Shown one piece after another: positions 1-15,519 of a stretch of DNA of 64,000 bases (position 1 is its first letter; each line of letters begins with the position of its first letter). Source of the stretch: Chrysomallon squamiferum (Eukaryota; Animalia; Mollusca); contig CM022677.1 in the NCBI GenBank assembly GCA_012295275.1, forward strand, positions 14,570,001 through 14,634,000. The letters run 5' to 3'. Position numbers and translations under genes: made by a program. Below the pieces are notes generated by a model. That model ran no database searches. It saw nothing but the letters and a program-made list of their open reading frames with translations, and had not been told where the DNA came from.

Positions 1-633
1 GGAAGCTATTCTCTTAGTTTCATTAGAACTGTTCCGAGTGCGGATATAAAAATTACTTCGAATTTTTTATTAGGCCTCGTAAAGTTATCAGAGAAATCAG
101 ATTTATTCTTAGTGTATTGTTTCGGTCGAGATAAAAAATAAATACTTTAAAAAAAAAAATTTAATATTGATAATAATAATAAATTGATTTATTTATAATG
201 TAATTACATGAGAAATCGCGAACTTTTCATAAAGCCACAGTTAACTATAAAATTATCGCTGTTTACACTGATAAAGTTACCCATCGATAACAAAATAAGA
301 CGCAAGTTTTTAAACGTCTGTATTAGTTTTATGAAAATTAAAATTACATTAATTAGAGATTATCAGTTATATTATTGAATAAACATGGACTTTCATTCTA
401 GATTAACTTACTTTTCTTAGTGTTTAAAAAAAATCTGATATATTCTTAATTACATAATTTGATAAATTTGAATTTTATATTAATCAAGTAATTTCATGTA
501 GGGAGAGATGTAAATTGTGTCGCGGAATGTCATGTTACTGCGGTCATAAAACAAAGTATCACATTGTGACACTGAAAGGTGCACAATTAATTTTCAGTAA
601 TATCAGTACAATAGTGAAAACATTCATCTAGCA
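1..633 (+). repeat. Dispersed/duplicated sequence block E (copy 1)
   Basis: Aligns by eye with 22131-22575 (direct) and about 50375-50940 (inverted), e.g. 'gctattctcttagtttcattagaactgttc..gagtgcggatataaaaattacttc' and 'gtcgcggaatgtcatgttac'. Confidence 0.85.
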
Positions 634-1377
634 CCGTGGTTCTCAACCTTTTTTTTGTCAACGGCACACCTTAGAACACATGAAAAAATAGCGGCACACC
701 TGGCTAAATATATATGAAAAATATTTGAATTTTGTCAAGTCATAGACCCAGCCTAGTCATAGACACCTAGAATGACTCAAACTAAATAAAGAAAAACACA
801 GCTATACTTCACTGCGGTGTTTCGAATTTCATCAGTCAAATAGCTGGCTTCTTTAGTGAGAAATTTGTGCCTGGCTTTTATTCATAATTTCCTCAATGTT
901 TGGTCGAATATGAGACAGACAAACCCTCATTTCTGCTTTCGTTGTAGTAATCTCTCGTGCTTCATGTTTTCGATGTTGTCTAATTCACATATATAAGGAG
1001 TTGAAAATTGTAATAAAATTGCTAAAACTCTTTTACATAATATGGGATACATCTCTTGTACTGAAATCCAAAATGAATCAATGGGCAGAGTCGAATGTTT
1101 TAATTTTAAAGTCATTAGAAAGGGCGGCCAATTCTTCTTCTTCCTGTAACTCAAGTTCAATGTTGGAAGAATGATTTATGAAAGGATCTCTAATCCAATC
1201 ATACTTTTCTGTCTTTAATGACGGAAATGTATTGTTGATGCTTTCGTCCAGGGCTGTCAGATGAGTAAACACAATAGGGATCACTTCTCTAATGCAGGTA
1301 AAACGCAATAAAGGGAACTTATAAAGGTTGACAGTGATTGCTATTTTTTTTCCCAAATCACTGGTTGAGAATCACTG
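634..1377 (-). mobile_element. Non-autonomous hAT (Buster/Charlie-type) DNA transposon deletion derivative
   Basis: Imperfect 15-bp TIRs: ccgtggttctcaacc (634-648) and ggttgagaatcactg (1363-1377). The left flank ATCTAGCA resembles the Charlie nTCTAGnn target. The minus strand carries a frameshifted hAT C-terminal region (WIRDPF...EEELAALSND / FWISVQEMYPILCKRVLAILLQFSTPYICE) like ZBED8/FAM200-type transposases. Confidence 0.85.
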
Positions 1378-2139
1378 AATTAATGTTATACTAATCATGT
1401 TATAAGGCAGAATATTGATAAACATTACTTACACCTGAAAGTATTTGTGTGAACTGTTTAACAGATATAAATAGATTGACAAGATAAATATATGTAATTA
1501 TTTAAAATCATTTTACAAAAATCATTTTTAAAATCTCTAATAATGCTTGCAGGAGGCACTGGATTGGAAAATGGATGAAAAACAAATAAAAAATAAATAA
1601 AGAAATGCATAGCTTAATTTATGTTTGTTGTGTATGTGTGTTTTTGTATGCAAATGTGTGCACCAACACACACCAATGTAAACACACATCATGGATTCAT
1701 ATATATTTTATTTATACTCGTCAATATTCAGTCGATTTTCAGAAGCTTACCTCTATGCGTGCATGTGTATGTATGTGTATGCACGGATAGATAGATAGAT
1801 CAGATAGATCCTGAAGTCACTATCAGTAATTGCAATATATGATCACTAGATAAGTTTCTATATTTTCAGTCGGTAAACAAAAACAATATTACTTTTTTAA
1901 ATATTTAATTACCAGTTTAATCTTAAAAGCCCCTAGTGCTTGTACAAACTTCAGCCTGTTTACAGTAGCTCCATCCATATGCAGGACAGACAGTCGGTGT
2001 GTGGGTGACTAGGGCAGGGGGGGTGGATAGGATAAAAATGGGTGAGCTTAGGGTCCCGGACAGAAAAGGTGAGTTGAACACAAGCCCTCCCGCCCTACCC
2101 CGACATTTTTCGAGATTCCATTTATCACATATGGATAAT

Positions 2140-2470
2140 TAGCGTACGTAAGCTTAGTGAGTACATCTCACGTAAGGCTAAAGTTGCGAGCACATATCAC
2201 TAAAGAGAGATAACTCTAATCGATATAATTTTTACTTTATTCAGTGAGTACATGTCACGTAAGGGAGATAACTGTAATCGATACAATTTTCACTTTGCTT
2301 AGTGAGTACATCTCACATAAGGGACATAACTCTAGTCTATGTTTGTGAACACATATCACTAAAGGGAGATAAGTCTAATCGATATAATTTTTAATTTGTT
2401 TACTGAGTACATCTCATGTAAGGGACCTAACTCTAATCCAGGTTTGTGAGCACATATCACTCAACTGTAA
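2140..2470 (+). repeat. Short tandem array of alternating ~58- and ~36-bp units on an AAGGGA(G/C)ATAACTCT core
   Basis: Repeated 'gtgagtacatctcacgtaagggagataactctaatcgatataattt' and 'gtgagcacatatcactaaagggagataa'. An inverted copy lies at about 46080-46390. Confidence 0.8.
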
Positions 2471-2548
2471 TCAATATAGCCTTTACTTCGCCGAGTAAAC
2501 TCCTCCCACCTCTGGTGACACATCATGGGGTATGACCCATGTTATATA

Positions 2549-2785
2549 CAGGGTGGCCCAGATGTAACCGAACCTGAATTGTTATGAAAAGTTACAGTTA
2601 AATGAAACAAATTTGATTTCATATAGTTACAGCAAATGTTCAAAATGCAAACCATTATTTGTAATACAGTGATGACATCGTTCAATGGTTGATTCTGTTA
2701 CTTTTTTGCACATTTTCGCGAAGCAGACTTGAAATCAGTGATCATCGATTGAGCTTTCGGGTTCGGTTACATCTGGGCCACCCTG
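2549..2785 (-). mobile_element. Tc1/mariner internally deleted element (237 bp), TA TSD
   Basis: Perfect 26-bp TIRs cagggtggcccagatgtaaccgaacc flanked by TA. A remnant of the transposase C-terminus lies on the minus strand (ESTIERCHHC../NNGLHFEHLL*). The empty site with a single TA is at 3367-3383. Confidence 0.9.
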
Positions 2786-3194
2786 TATAAAGAAAGTGGT
2801 GTTTCCACAGTATTTCGTAGATGAATCTGGAATCGGAAAGTACTGCTGATGTCTCCAAAAACGCTGAGATTCAATCCCACGATCTCACGCACACGAACAT
2901 GCTTACAAGAAACATTATAGTTTCAACTTTGTTCTGTACCTTCACAAGCTGTGTGAGGGTGGGGTACTAGGGCAGGGGGGCAGGGGCCATGCGTTTTTAT
3001 TTCTTAAACTATTTTTTTTTATTGTTGTGCTGTTACAATCTTCTATTATGTGAATAATGTTTTTATTAGAATTATTTTTTCATAACTTGGCTGAATAATT
3101 AAATAGCATTTCTTTAGCACTTAACTAAATGAATTAAATGAAACATAAATCTAAATTAGAAACTACATCATTATTCTTTTTTATTTCATTTTTC

Positions 3195-3636
3195 AAGATA
3201 ACTCTAATCGATATAATTTCCACTTTGCTTAGTGAATACATCTCACGTAAGGGACATAACTCTAATCTACGTTTGTGAGCACATATCTCTAAACTGTAAT
3301 CAATATAGCCTTTACTTCGCCGAGTAAACTCCTCCCACCTCTGGTGACACATCACGGGGTATGACCCATGTTATATATAAAGAAAGTGTTGTTTCCACAA
3401 TATTTCGTAGATGAATCTGGAATCGGATTCCATCGGATTCCAAAAGTACTGCTGATGTCTCCAAAAACGCGGAGATTCAATCCCACGATCTCACACATAT
3501 GAACATGCTTACAAGAAACATTAAAGTTCGAACTTGGTTCAGTATCTTCACAAGCTGTGTAGGGGGGTAGGGGCCATGCGTTTTTATTTCTTAAACTATT
3601 TTTTTATTATTATTGTTCTGCTGTTACAATCTTCTA
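3195..3636 (+). repeat. Local direct duplication of 2205-3048 lacking the mariner insert
   Basis: Shares 'cttcgccgagtaaactcctcccacctctggtgacacatca', 'gatgaatctggaatcgg' and 'ggggccatgcgttttttatttcttaaact' with the upstream copy. Confidence 0.85.
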
Positions 3637-3769
3637 TATTGAATAAAAAATGTCTCAATAATATTTACCAGCGAATATATTCACAAATAGAGTTATTTCC
3701 CTTTAATATGAAAACGAATACTTTCTTGGATGACGTTTTCTCCCCTTTCTTATATTATAAAAGGATTTA

Positions 3770-5590
3770 TCACATAACTCTGTATAGGAATCTGTTCGTT
3801 TTAATAATCAAGAGAAAAATGTAACAAAGGGGAGATAAATCTATATAGGAATATATTCGTTTTAACCTGACTAATCAAGGAGAAAAATGTAACAAAGGGG
3901 ACATAACTCTTTATAGGAATATGTTCGTTTTAACCTGAATAATCAAGGAGAAAAATGTACGAAAGGGGGACATAACTCTATCCGAGAGGATATTCGTTTT
4001 CATGTTAAAGGGAGATAACTCTATATAGGAATATGTTCGTTTTAACCTGAATAATCAAGGAAGAAAATCTAACAAAGGGGACATAACTCTATATAGGAAT
4101 ATGTTCGTTTTAACCTGAATAATGAAGAGAAAAATGTAACAAGGGGGAGATAACTCTATCACAGGTTATTCGTGTTCATGTTAAAGGGAGATAACTCTAT
4201 ATAGGAATATGTTCGTTTTAACCTGAATAATCAAGGAAAATCTAACAAAGGGGACATAACTCTATATAGGAATATGTTCGTTTTAACCTGAATAATCAAG
4301 AGAAAAATGTAACGAAGGGGACATAACTCTATATAGGAATATGTTCGTTTTAACCTGAATAATCAAGACTAGGGGATATAGGAATATGTTCGTTTTAACC
4401 TGAATAATCAAGAGAAAAATGTAACGAAGGGGATATAACTCTATATAGGAATATGTTCGTTTTAACCTGAATAATCAAGACAAAATGTAACGTAGGGGAG
4501 ATAACTCTATATAGGAATATGTTCGTTTTAACCTGAATAATCAAGAGAAAAATGTAACAAAGGGGAGATAACTCTATCAGAGAGGTTATTCGTTTTCATG
4601 TTAAAGGGAGATAAATCTATATAGGAATATGTTCGTTTTAACCTGAATAATCAAAGAGAAAAATGTAACAAAGGGGAGATAACTCTATACATGAATATGT
4701 TGGTTTTAACCTGAATAATCAAGGAGAAAAATGTAACAAATGGGAGATACTTCCATCCAATAGGTTATTCGTTTTCATGTTAAAGGGGACATAACTCTAT
4801 ATAGGAATATGTTCGTTTTAACCTGAATAATCAAGACAAAAATGTAACAAAGGGGAGATAACTCTATACATGAATATGTTCATTTTCATGTGAAAGGGAG
4901 ATAAATCTATATAGGAATATGTTCGTTTTAACCTGAGTAATCAAGGAGAAAAATGTAACAAAGGGGAGATACCTCTATTAGAGAGGTTATTTTTTTTTTC
5001 ATGTTAAATGGGAGATAAATCTATATAGAAATATGTTCATTTTAACCTGAATAATCAAGAGAAAAATGTAACAAAGGGGAGATAACTCTATACATGAATA
5101 TGTTGGTTTTAACCTGAATAATCAAGGAGAAAAATGTAACAAATGGGAGATACTTCCATCCAATAGGTTATTCGTTTTCATGTTAAAGGGGACATAACTC
5201 TATATAGGAATATGTTCGTTTTAACCTGAATAATCAAGAGAAAAATGTAACAAAGGGGAGATAACTCTATACATGAATATGTTCATTTTCATGTGAAAGG
5301 GAGATAAATCTATATAGGAATATGTTCGTTTTAACCTGAGTAATCAAGGAGAAAAATGTAACAAAGGGGAGATACCTCTATTAGAGAGGTTATTTTTTTT
5401 TTCATGTTAAATGGGAGATAAATCTATATAGAAATATGTTCATTTTAACCTGAATAATCAAGGAGAAAAAGTAACAAAAAAATGTAACAATTTTCATGTG
5501 GGGACATAAACTCTATCCGAGAGAAAAATGTAACAACGGGGACATAACTCTATCCGAGAGGTTATTCTTTTTCATGTTAAAGGGAGAGAA
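3770..5590 (+). repeat. Satellite, ~68-bp unit with shorter variants and a 403-bp higher-order duplication
   Basis: Unit aaaggggacataactctatataggaatatgttcgttttaacctgaataatcaaggagaaaaatgtaac. The diagnostic variant 'ttccatccaataggtt' recurs at 4751 and 5154. Confidence 0.9.
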
Positions 5591-6531
5591 TATCAATATA
5601 TTCGCTTGTGATTAATGTTCAGGTATATTTTCAACCAATGGAATCCAATAATTTAATTAGTGGACACTGTTTAATCATTTAGTAAGCATTTTAAGTAATG
5701 AATTCTTTTTACATTAAAATTATAGATCAGATGGAAATATTTATAGGATATTCTTTATCTGTTATATTAATATATCAAAGGTAAATAACATCTTTTTTAT
5801 ATTAATAATAATAATTCTATGTTGAAAATATCTAATTTGTTGAAAACTAAAATTTACAAAAAGAAAATTTATATTTTGATATAACTCTGAACTTGAAATA
5901 TGATAAGGATAATGAGAACTTAAAAACAAGAATTGTGTTCTACATTATACTTTTGTCCGATGGTAAAAGGAGAAACAAATAAATATAATAAACAATAAAA
6001 TATTTCTTAATAATAGTTACCAGCGAATATATTCACAAATAGAGTTATTTTCCTTTAATATGAAAACGAATACTTTCTCGGATGGAGTTATCTCCCCTTT
6101 CTTACATTAAAAAAGGGTTTATCAGAATTACTTGATATGAAATCAGTTTGTGGAAATATGTGAATAGAAGATTCATCAAAGTTTGTGAAAATATTTAATG
6201 TAATAAAAAATGTATTATTGATTCATTATGTCACTATTTGTTATTTTTCGTTTAAAATTATTATCAAAATTATCAAACAATTATTAATTTAATATATATT
6301 CTTAAAATTTAATTTCATATCATTTCTTTAGCACTTAACTAAATGAATTAAATGAAACAGAAATCTAAATTACAAAATACATCATTATTTTTATTTCCTT
6401 TTTCAAAATTTGTTTTGTTGTTGTTAATGTTGTTAACCATTATCATCGTTATATTCATTCCTATTATTAATGGACAACAGAGTTATTTCCCTTAGACTAC
6501 TTTGTCTATGAAATTGACTAATTATTATTAT

Positions 6532-6569
<38 letters not shown>

Positions 6570-6940
6570 TCTCTGTGCATTCTTAGTTTATTTCATATAT
6601 TTAAAATGTTTCTTTACTAAAAACTTAATATTTATTCATTCATACTATTCAGAATAAAAATAAGAATTTAAATTTATTACGACATTCCATTTTGATACGT
6701 GAAAATTTGTATATATTATTTATTATAATTAGAGAAAGAGATATTTGGGTTTCACTACGACTAAGATTGTACGTCTTCATGAAAATTTCATTTCACTGTA
6801 AAAATGTAGCAATAAAAATTTCAATTACATATAAATACTGTTTTTCTGCCATTTCATACTGACACATTTAAATTTCACAGATATAATGATTTCTAGAGTG
6901 CGGAATGTAACATCAATTCAGGTGTTTAAAAGTGTAATTA

Positions 6941-6992
<52 letters not shown>

Positions 6993-7189
6993 ATCTTTCT
7001 TTCATTTTTGTTTGTTTTTATTTTTGTTTTTGATATTATTGCTAACACTTATTTTTTTTTACTGTGGTACATAATTATTACTATTTTTATTATTGTTATT
7101 ATTGCTAATATTGGTGTTATAGCTATTGCTTTTGCTGTTGGTTAATTTTGCTTTAGGCAGAATTGATAAGTTTGTGTGGAGAGAAGAAA

Positions 7190-7830
7190 GCGATTTACAG
7201 AGAGAGTTAGAGAGAAAAAGACAGAGACAGAGAAAAACACATGGAGAGAGATACAGAGACAGACAGAGAGAGACAGAGACACAGATAGTGTCAGAAAGAC
7301 AGAGAGAAAAAGTGAGTCAGAGACACATAGACAGTCAGAGACAAAGAGATAAAGACAGTGAGAGGCAGTGAGATAAAGAGACAGATAGGGAATGAGACAG
7401 AGGGAGAAAGAGACAGAGACATAGGGAGACAGAGAGAGACAGAGACAAAGAGATATAGCAGAGAGAAAAAGAGAGATTCAGAACAGATAGAGACAGAGAG
7501 AGAAAGAGAGATTCTGACAGAGACAGTGACAGAGGGAGAAAGAGAGATTCAGAGAGAGACAGAGAGATATAGAGAGAGACCGAGAAAGAAAGACTGAGAG
7601 AGACAGAGTCAGAGAGTGGAAGAGAGAGACAGAGATAGACAGAGAGAAAAGAGAGAGACAGTGATAGAGGGAAAGAGAGACAGCGATAGAGGGAAAGAGA
7701 GACAGAGAGAGAGAGATAGACACAGAGACCGAGAGAGTCGCACAGAGAGACAGAGATAGTCAGAGAGAGAAAGAGAGAAAAGAGAAAGAGATAGAGAGTA
7801 AGAGAAAGAGAGAGACAGAGAGAAAGAGAC
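7190..7830. repeat. Compound GA/GACA low-complexity tract
   Basis: Degenerate (GA)n/(GACA)n run; it explains the charged pseudo-ORFs at 7126-7723. Confidence 0.9.
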
Positions 7831-9002
7831 TAACCATTAAGAAAATACTAATCATTAACCAAATACTAACATTTAACAAATACTAACCATTACTAACATC
7901 TCCTACGTGTACTGAACCTCACCGTGGTGTATGGGTGGCAACATTTCCAAAGGGAATGGCTAATTAGTACATTAATATAATAACATTATTTTGGTTAGAT
8001 AGATAGACAGATAGATAGATTATGATAGATAAATAGAAATACCTACATACAGATATAGTTACTGAAGATAAATGAACAGATGGATACATAGGGTATTGCT
8101 ACTTTTTCTAATTTTGAATATTATTTTGAAAGCTTTTCCTATATACAAATAGACAGACAGGCCAACAGAGCATAGACAGAAGTCTATGTACTTAAGAATA
8201 AGTTATGACATATAAATATCTCCCTCTGGCTTTCACTGTCCAAATTACTCATCCTTACTTACCTGCATGTTTCTATCTATCTATCAGTCTATTATATTTG
8301 TTTTATTTCATCATCAATTTCTCTGGCTATTTGTCTATCTATGTATCTGTCTGTTTGTTGATCAACCTGTGGTGTAGCTTAATCTTATTACCTGTCTATC
8401 TGTATTTACCTCTGTGTATCTGTCTGTATAATCTATCTGTATTTATCTCTGTATATCTGTCTATAGATTGTATTTATCTCTGTACATCTATCTACATAAT
8501 CTACCTGTATTTATTTCTATATATCTATATATAGATAATCGATCTGTATTTATCTCTGGATATCTACCTTTAAGTTATCAGTTCATCACTAACTCAAACA
8601 CAGATCCAATCCTTTCTGTTTTCTGTCTGCCTCTGTGTGTATTTATCTATATACATATACATGATCATATCCACTTTACCATCATATATGCTTACACCTA
8701 TCTATTTATCCATCCACTGAACTCTAAGGAAATGCCTCCCTATATATATTTCTCTATCCATCAATAACAGTCCCTTGAATCAGCTATTCATCTTCCTGAC
8801 TAACTCCCTCAATTATTATAACTACCTTTTATATCTATCTTTCTGTGTTATGTCCATTTATAACTCTCATTCACAATTCCCTTATTTAGCAATCCTTATC
8901 AATCACTGGCACACACACACACACATGCACTTTCTATGTCAACTATCTATATATATCTCTATATGTGTATCTAATAACACAATTTATCATTCTATCTACA
9001 TA

Positions 9003-9202
9003 NNNNNNNNNNNNNNNNNNNNNNNNNNNNNNNNNNNNNNNNNNNNNNNNNNNNNNNNNNNNNNNNNNNNNNNNNNNNNNNNNNNNNNNNNNNNNNNNNN
9101 NNNNNNNNNNNNNNNNNNNNNNNNNNNNNNNNNNNNNNNNNNNNNNNNNNNNNNNNNNNNNNNNNNNNNNNNNNNNNNNNNNNNNNNNNNNNNNNNNNNN
9201 NN
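9003..9202. other. Assembly gap (200 N)
   Basis: Run of exactly 200 N, typical of a fixed-size scaffolding gap. Confidence 0.99.
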
Positions 9203-10059
9203 TGACCTGCCTTGTACTGTAAGGGAGAGAGTGAGATCTGAAAAACTCTGTCGTTGACCAAGTTTTTAAAAGAAATACAAAATCTGACATGGACTTGACA
9301 GTTTCCACCTGTAAATTGAAAAGAATTCATTGTCACCAGCCTATAAAAATGACAGGCATTTTAGTTAAATAACTAATTGATAAGTTCTGTCATTTATTAG
9401 TTTACTAATAGATACCAAAGCTTTTCAGTTCTAATAACAAAATGTTAATATCATTCTGCACTAGGTATGTGAATTCAGTCATTTTGATTACTTTACTTTT
9501 TTGGAACACTTAGAACTGATTCTATACACCTAATTTTAGATTTGATTAAAAATATAAGTTAATAATCTGGCTACAACAATACATTTATCGAGAATAATAA
9601 TCTTTTAAACCCAAAAGAGAATTCCAATTAATTACAAATATTTAACATTTTAAAATGTGATGATATAATTAATTCAAACCACAAAAAAGGCCTTTACACC
9701 TTCAGATCTTTTTGAAATATTTAAGAAAAAAAAAAATGTATAACAGTAAATGACAGCTGAATAAATTCATAAAAAATAAACATTATCTGTGAATATCATT
9801 CAGTTCATCAGCTAGTTTATGTATATTATTCTAACACAAAACAAAACTGCAGTGATTAAAATGCTGAAGTTTTATCTTGATCTGAACTGAACTTTTATCA
9901 CCTACAAATCTATGTTTATTAAAGTTAACAGATTTGAATACTGAACGAGGAAGTGATCCAACTGATTAAAAAAAATAATAATTGAACAAAATAATGCAGA
10001 TAGTGCAACAGTAACACTGAAACTAATCAACTCTGTGTCATCTCATATATAAAGTTTTG

Positions 10060-12700
10060 ACTGGTAGGAAACAGAGTTGTAAGGATTTACATCTGCATCT
10101 TCCTGATCAATGGCAATTTATAACATAATTACCACCAACTTGATGGCTGTGCATTTGGAACGTACATTTTTCAGGAATATCGAGGAATTTTTATAAAACA
10201 GAATCAAGAAATGAAGTACTGGTTTTGACAGGTTTTTGTTTTATTTTAGTTTATTATTATTGTTGTTGTTGTTGTGGTGATGGTTGTTGTTATTGCTATT
10301 ATATATTTTTAAATAATTTATTTAAAATGCTATTTGAGCTGAAAAAGAAAAAAAGAAGCAAACAAAAAAACATTAATATCCCTTCCCCGCAAACCACATA
10401 AGTATAAAATCCACCAATCTGTCTTGTATCTGATTACATGAAAGGTCTTCCAAGCTGGTCAAGAAAATCCTTTGAAATGCTGGATCCAAAGTTTGTGCTG
10501 GTGGTATGATAGATATATTTAAACAACTATCTTGTTTCCTACTATTTGTTCATGATTGGGTAATTTTGTGGATTTTGTACATTTCCCTTTTTTTAGCCAG
10601 ATTTATCTAAATAAACAAATATAGAAAGAAAAATTAATAAAATAAAAATAAATTAACAATAAATAAAAAATGAGATCCAAGTTTATCATTCTAAATCTTA
10701 ACATAAATTATTTAAATGATTATTTTTTTTACCTATTTCAGGCTAGGAGCATTTGATTAATTTGCACAATAAAATCTTTGGGAAGAAAAATTTCAGTCAT
10801 GGAAAATTATTATAAATTATACTTTAACAATGTTTTAATACTGACTGGATATAATGGTAACATTCAAGAAGCAGCAAAAAATAACTTTAAAAAAGACTAA
10901 ATCCTTTACCTGAGCAAACCTTACAATTAATGAGTTAAAACCTTAATAAAAAATATAATTTTTATAGGTGTGCATTACAGACAACAAAATAAAGATAATT
11001 CTACCATTTTAACTAAGTCTGTGTGAAATTAATATTTCCCATAAAATTATTATTATGGCTCTTGTTTTAAAACATATAGAAGAAAAAATAAAGTATTACT
11101 ATAAAACATATCAAGACCACTTACTTCAGAACTGTTCTCTGTTTTATTGATTTCCTCTGTCTGGCTAGTAACTGTATCAGATGAATTTGTCAGCTTCAGG
11201 TTTTTTTTCTCAAAATCACCTGAAAAACCAGAAATATTTAATTTTAGCTTGCACAAGATTACTTAATTTAGCAATTTTGGAAGGAAAGCTGGATTAGCCA
11301 CAGTTAACAAACTCAAAATGGTTTCCAGCTTACAGTTTGTTTTATCTGTATTCTCTCTTTTATTTCCTCTGTCATCTTGAACTTCTACAACGATCTAGCA
11401 GACTGTTTTGGCAGGCATCCCGGCTGCTAATAATTATTTATGATGAGCCTAAAACTGTGACAGGAATATATCTCATAGCAAGAAACAAAAACAAATTCAT
11501 AAACAAAAATTAAAGAAAGACATTTAATCCCAAATCTAACCTAATTACTTCTGGTAGTTAGATTCTTCAATGGAATGAAGGTCAGATCTATATTTGCTAT
11601 TAATTTAAATATTTATGATCTACACGCAGAGAAGTTTTGAATGCCAGCATTTAAAAAAATAAATATATAAAATAAAGTAAAAATTAAAAATAAAATATTA
11701 ATTAAATCTAAATAGATCAGAGAGATAACAAATATGTCTAAAATAAAGATGAATTTGAATCACATAATTAAAGCGATAGAAGAATTTTTCATTCAGAAAC
11801 ACATTAAAAAAAATTAATACAGATGTGTTTTTCTTTATGAACTGATTTCACACATAACTGAATATCACTCCTTTATACAAATAAAATAAAATGCAGTACT
11901 TCATGGCTCAATTTTTGTGAGTCTAAAAATGAAACTGTTTTGATTACTCCTAGTACAAATATAAGCTAAAAAGAAATAAAACAATGCTAATGGAACTGTA
12001 CTAAGTCACCTGCTGCTGAACTTCCAGGATTTTGTCTTTGCCACGCACAGTGTTTTTCTTTCCCTGGTTTTAGCAGGTTCAAGTTTTTCAATTTTTTTTT
12101 CCTCCTGATATTTGACTGTTGAGATTGGTGACTGGTGTAAGAAGCTCCAACTTAAGAATTGACGTGGTCGGCTTCAATGTCCATGTCTGAATCAGAGTCA
12201 CATTGGTGGGTGCACTGCCTAGTTTGAGTAAATAAATAAATAAATAAAATACTGTAAAAAATATAAAATAAATAAAACACTGCTACTACAACATTTACTG
12301 TAACACAATATGCTACTTTTATTAACATCATTACTGTAACTAAAATTTACTATTGTTACTTATTCAACTAGGGTTACTGTTATTGAAATAATACTCCTAT
12401 TACTAAAATTATGATCCATTAATAATAAAAGTGATTTTTTTTACTCTCTTCACCATTACTCCTATGCCTGTATTTCTTTACTCAAATATCAATTCTACAA
12501 TGTTACTACAACAAGTAGTATTATTATTACAAGTACTAATGATGTAACAACTACATTACTACAACAATGGCAATGACTAATACTACTACTATAACAACAA
12601 CCTCTAGAGATCCTCCTGTTCTGCCATATTCTTTGATGACATTTCTACCCTGTCGTGACTCACTAAATTAGCTCTTCTTGTGGACAGAGCAGTTTCTGAA
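10060..12700 (-). pseudogene. Decayed multi-exon gene fragments, unidentified
   Basis: GC-richer blocks bounded by AG/GT-like sites on the minus strand at about 12602-12695, 12011-12217, 11334-11448, 11125-11219 (DFEKKNLKLTNSSDTVTSQTEEINKTENSSE) and 10410-10605. Several contain stops, and I recognise no family. Confidence 0.4.
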
Positions 12701-12756
12701 AAACAACAGTAATTTATTTATTTACCTTTGTAGTTATATATGTATCTGGTATCTGT

Positions 12757-14042
<1,286 letters not shown>

Positions 14043-15519
14043 CTAGAATACATAAAAAATAAAAATGATTAGTAATGATATGAAAAATAAAATGGATAAT
14101 AATAATAAAGATCACAAAAATAATAATAATAAAAATAAAACATAATAATAATAATAAAAAGTAGAAATAATAATAAGAGTAGAAGAAGATGAAAAAGAAG
14201 GAATTACAACAAAACAAAACAAAGTGTAAATAAATAAATTAAAATTGACCATTAAGAAAAGAAGAGAAACAAAGAACAGGATAACAAATTATTTGAGTGT
14301 TTATTTGTGTGTTAAATATTTTTTTTATAAATAATTTTATTAATATTTTATAGCATCTACATATGAAATAACCTGGTCATGTATTTCTTAAATTTGTATT
14401 CATTGTTATTTGTTTTTAGTGTTAACATAGAGCTATACAGGTATTTAGCTTAAATAATATGAAAGCATTTAGGGACCCACCCATTATAAAGTTTAATATG
14501 TTTAATAATTATAGAGCAAGTCAGCAATTTAACCTAAATCTTTAAAAATAATAAATCATAAATAAACTGACTGAAAACAACCTGTCAAACAAAATTAGCA
14601 TATTTTCTTTTAATAGTTTTATTATAACAACAACAAAAAATAATAATAATTATAATAATAAATAAAAAAAATAAAAAATAAAAAAATAAATAATAACAAT
14701 AACAATAACAATAACAATAATAATACTAATAATAATTTTAAATTATCTGTGACTTGTTGTGTGGTGTTTCTTTGGTGTGTGCTACACAAGCCAGTTTATT
14801 TTAAAACAAATTTAATTACTGGCCACTCAAAATTTGCTGATACATCATGACGTTGTTTATGTTGTTCACATTAGTACAACCACTGGTGAATGTTATTATT
14901 AATCGACTGTCGTCATTTGAAAAAATTATAAATAAATAAATAAATATTGTTCTCAAATAATATGGCTGCCATCAGTTGTCTATGACTTTTAAATTATAAT
15001 TAAATAAAACGAAAAAAATCCAAACACATTAACATTTATAATAATAAATAGTAATACCTGTCTCCTTCACAAAATGAAATACTTTAAACAACTGTTTTAA
15101 TGCGATTACACCAATTCCGTAGAAAATTCTTCGAGCATTAAATAAAAAAGTAAATCCGTAAAGTCCGACAATCATCCCGCATTTTTCTGCATATACAATC
15201 CCCCCCCCCAAGAAAATAAAAAAATAAATAAAAACAAAATTAAAATAATGTTCAAAACAAATAAAATAAAATAAAGGAACATCACAACCTTTATTAAAAT
15301 ATATATTTTTTATTTATTTATTTATATTTTTTTAATCTTATTATTAGCCAATCGTTGACCGTAAACTTCAAATAAACGGTATTTTTATTTTATTTTCCCC
15401 TACTTTTTCTTTCTTCTTCTTATTTATATTAATGCACCAAATAAAATCACAAAACTTACAACTCACACTACAAGTTTCTTATTATTGTGCACGAATTTAC
15501 CAATGTTTGATATCCTATT

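Noticed and set aside
3770-5590. CRISPR-like regular repeats (also 44594-45492, 15700-16210, 48135-49170)
   Set aside because: The units are head-to-tail with no unique spacers, there are no cas genes, and the context is eukaryotic. These are satellites.
6886-9336. ORF-track proteins rich in CV, SL, ER, YL or X
   Set aside because: They are translations of microsatellites or read-through of the N gap. The same applies to 12734-13189, 28406-29451, 56818-58800 and 60601-61032.
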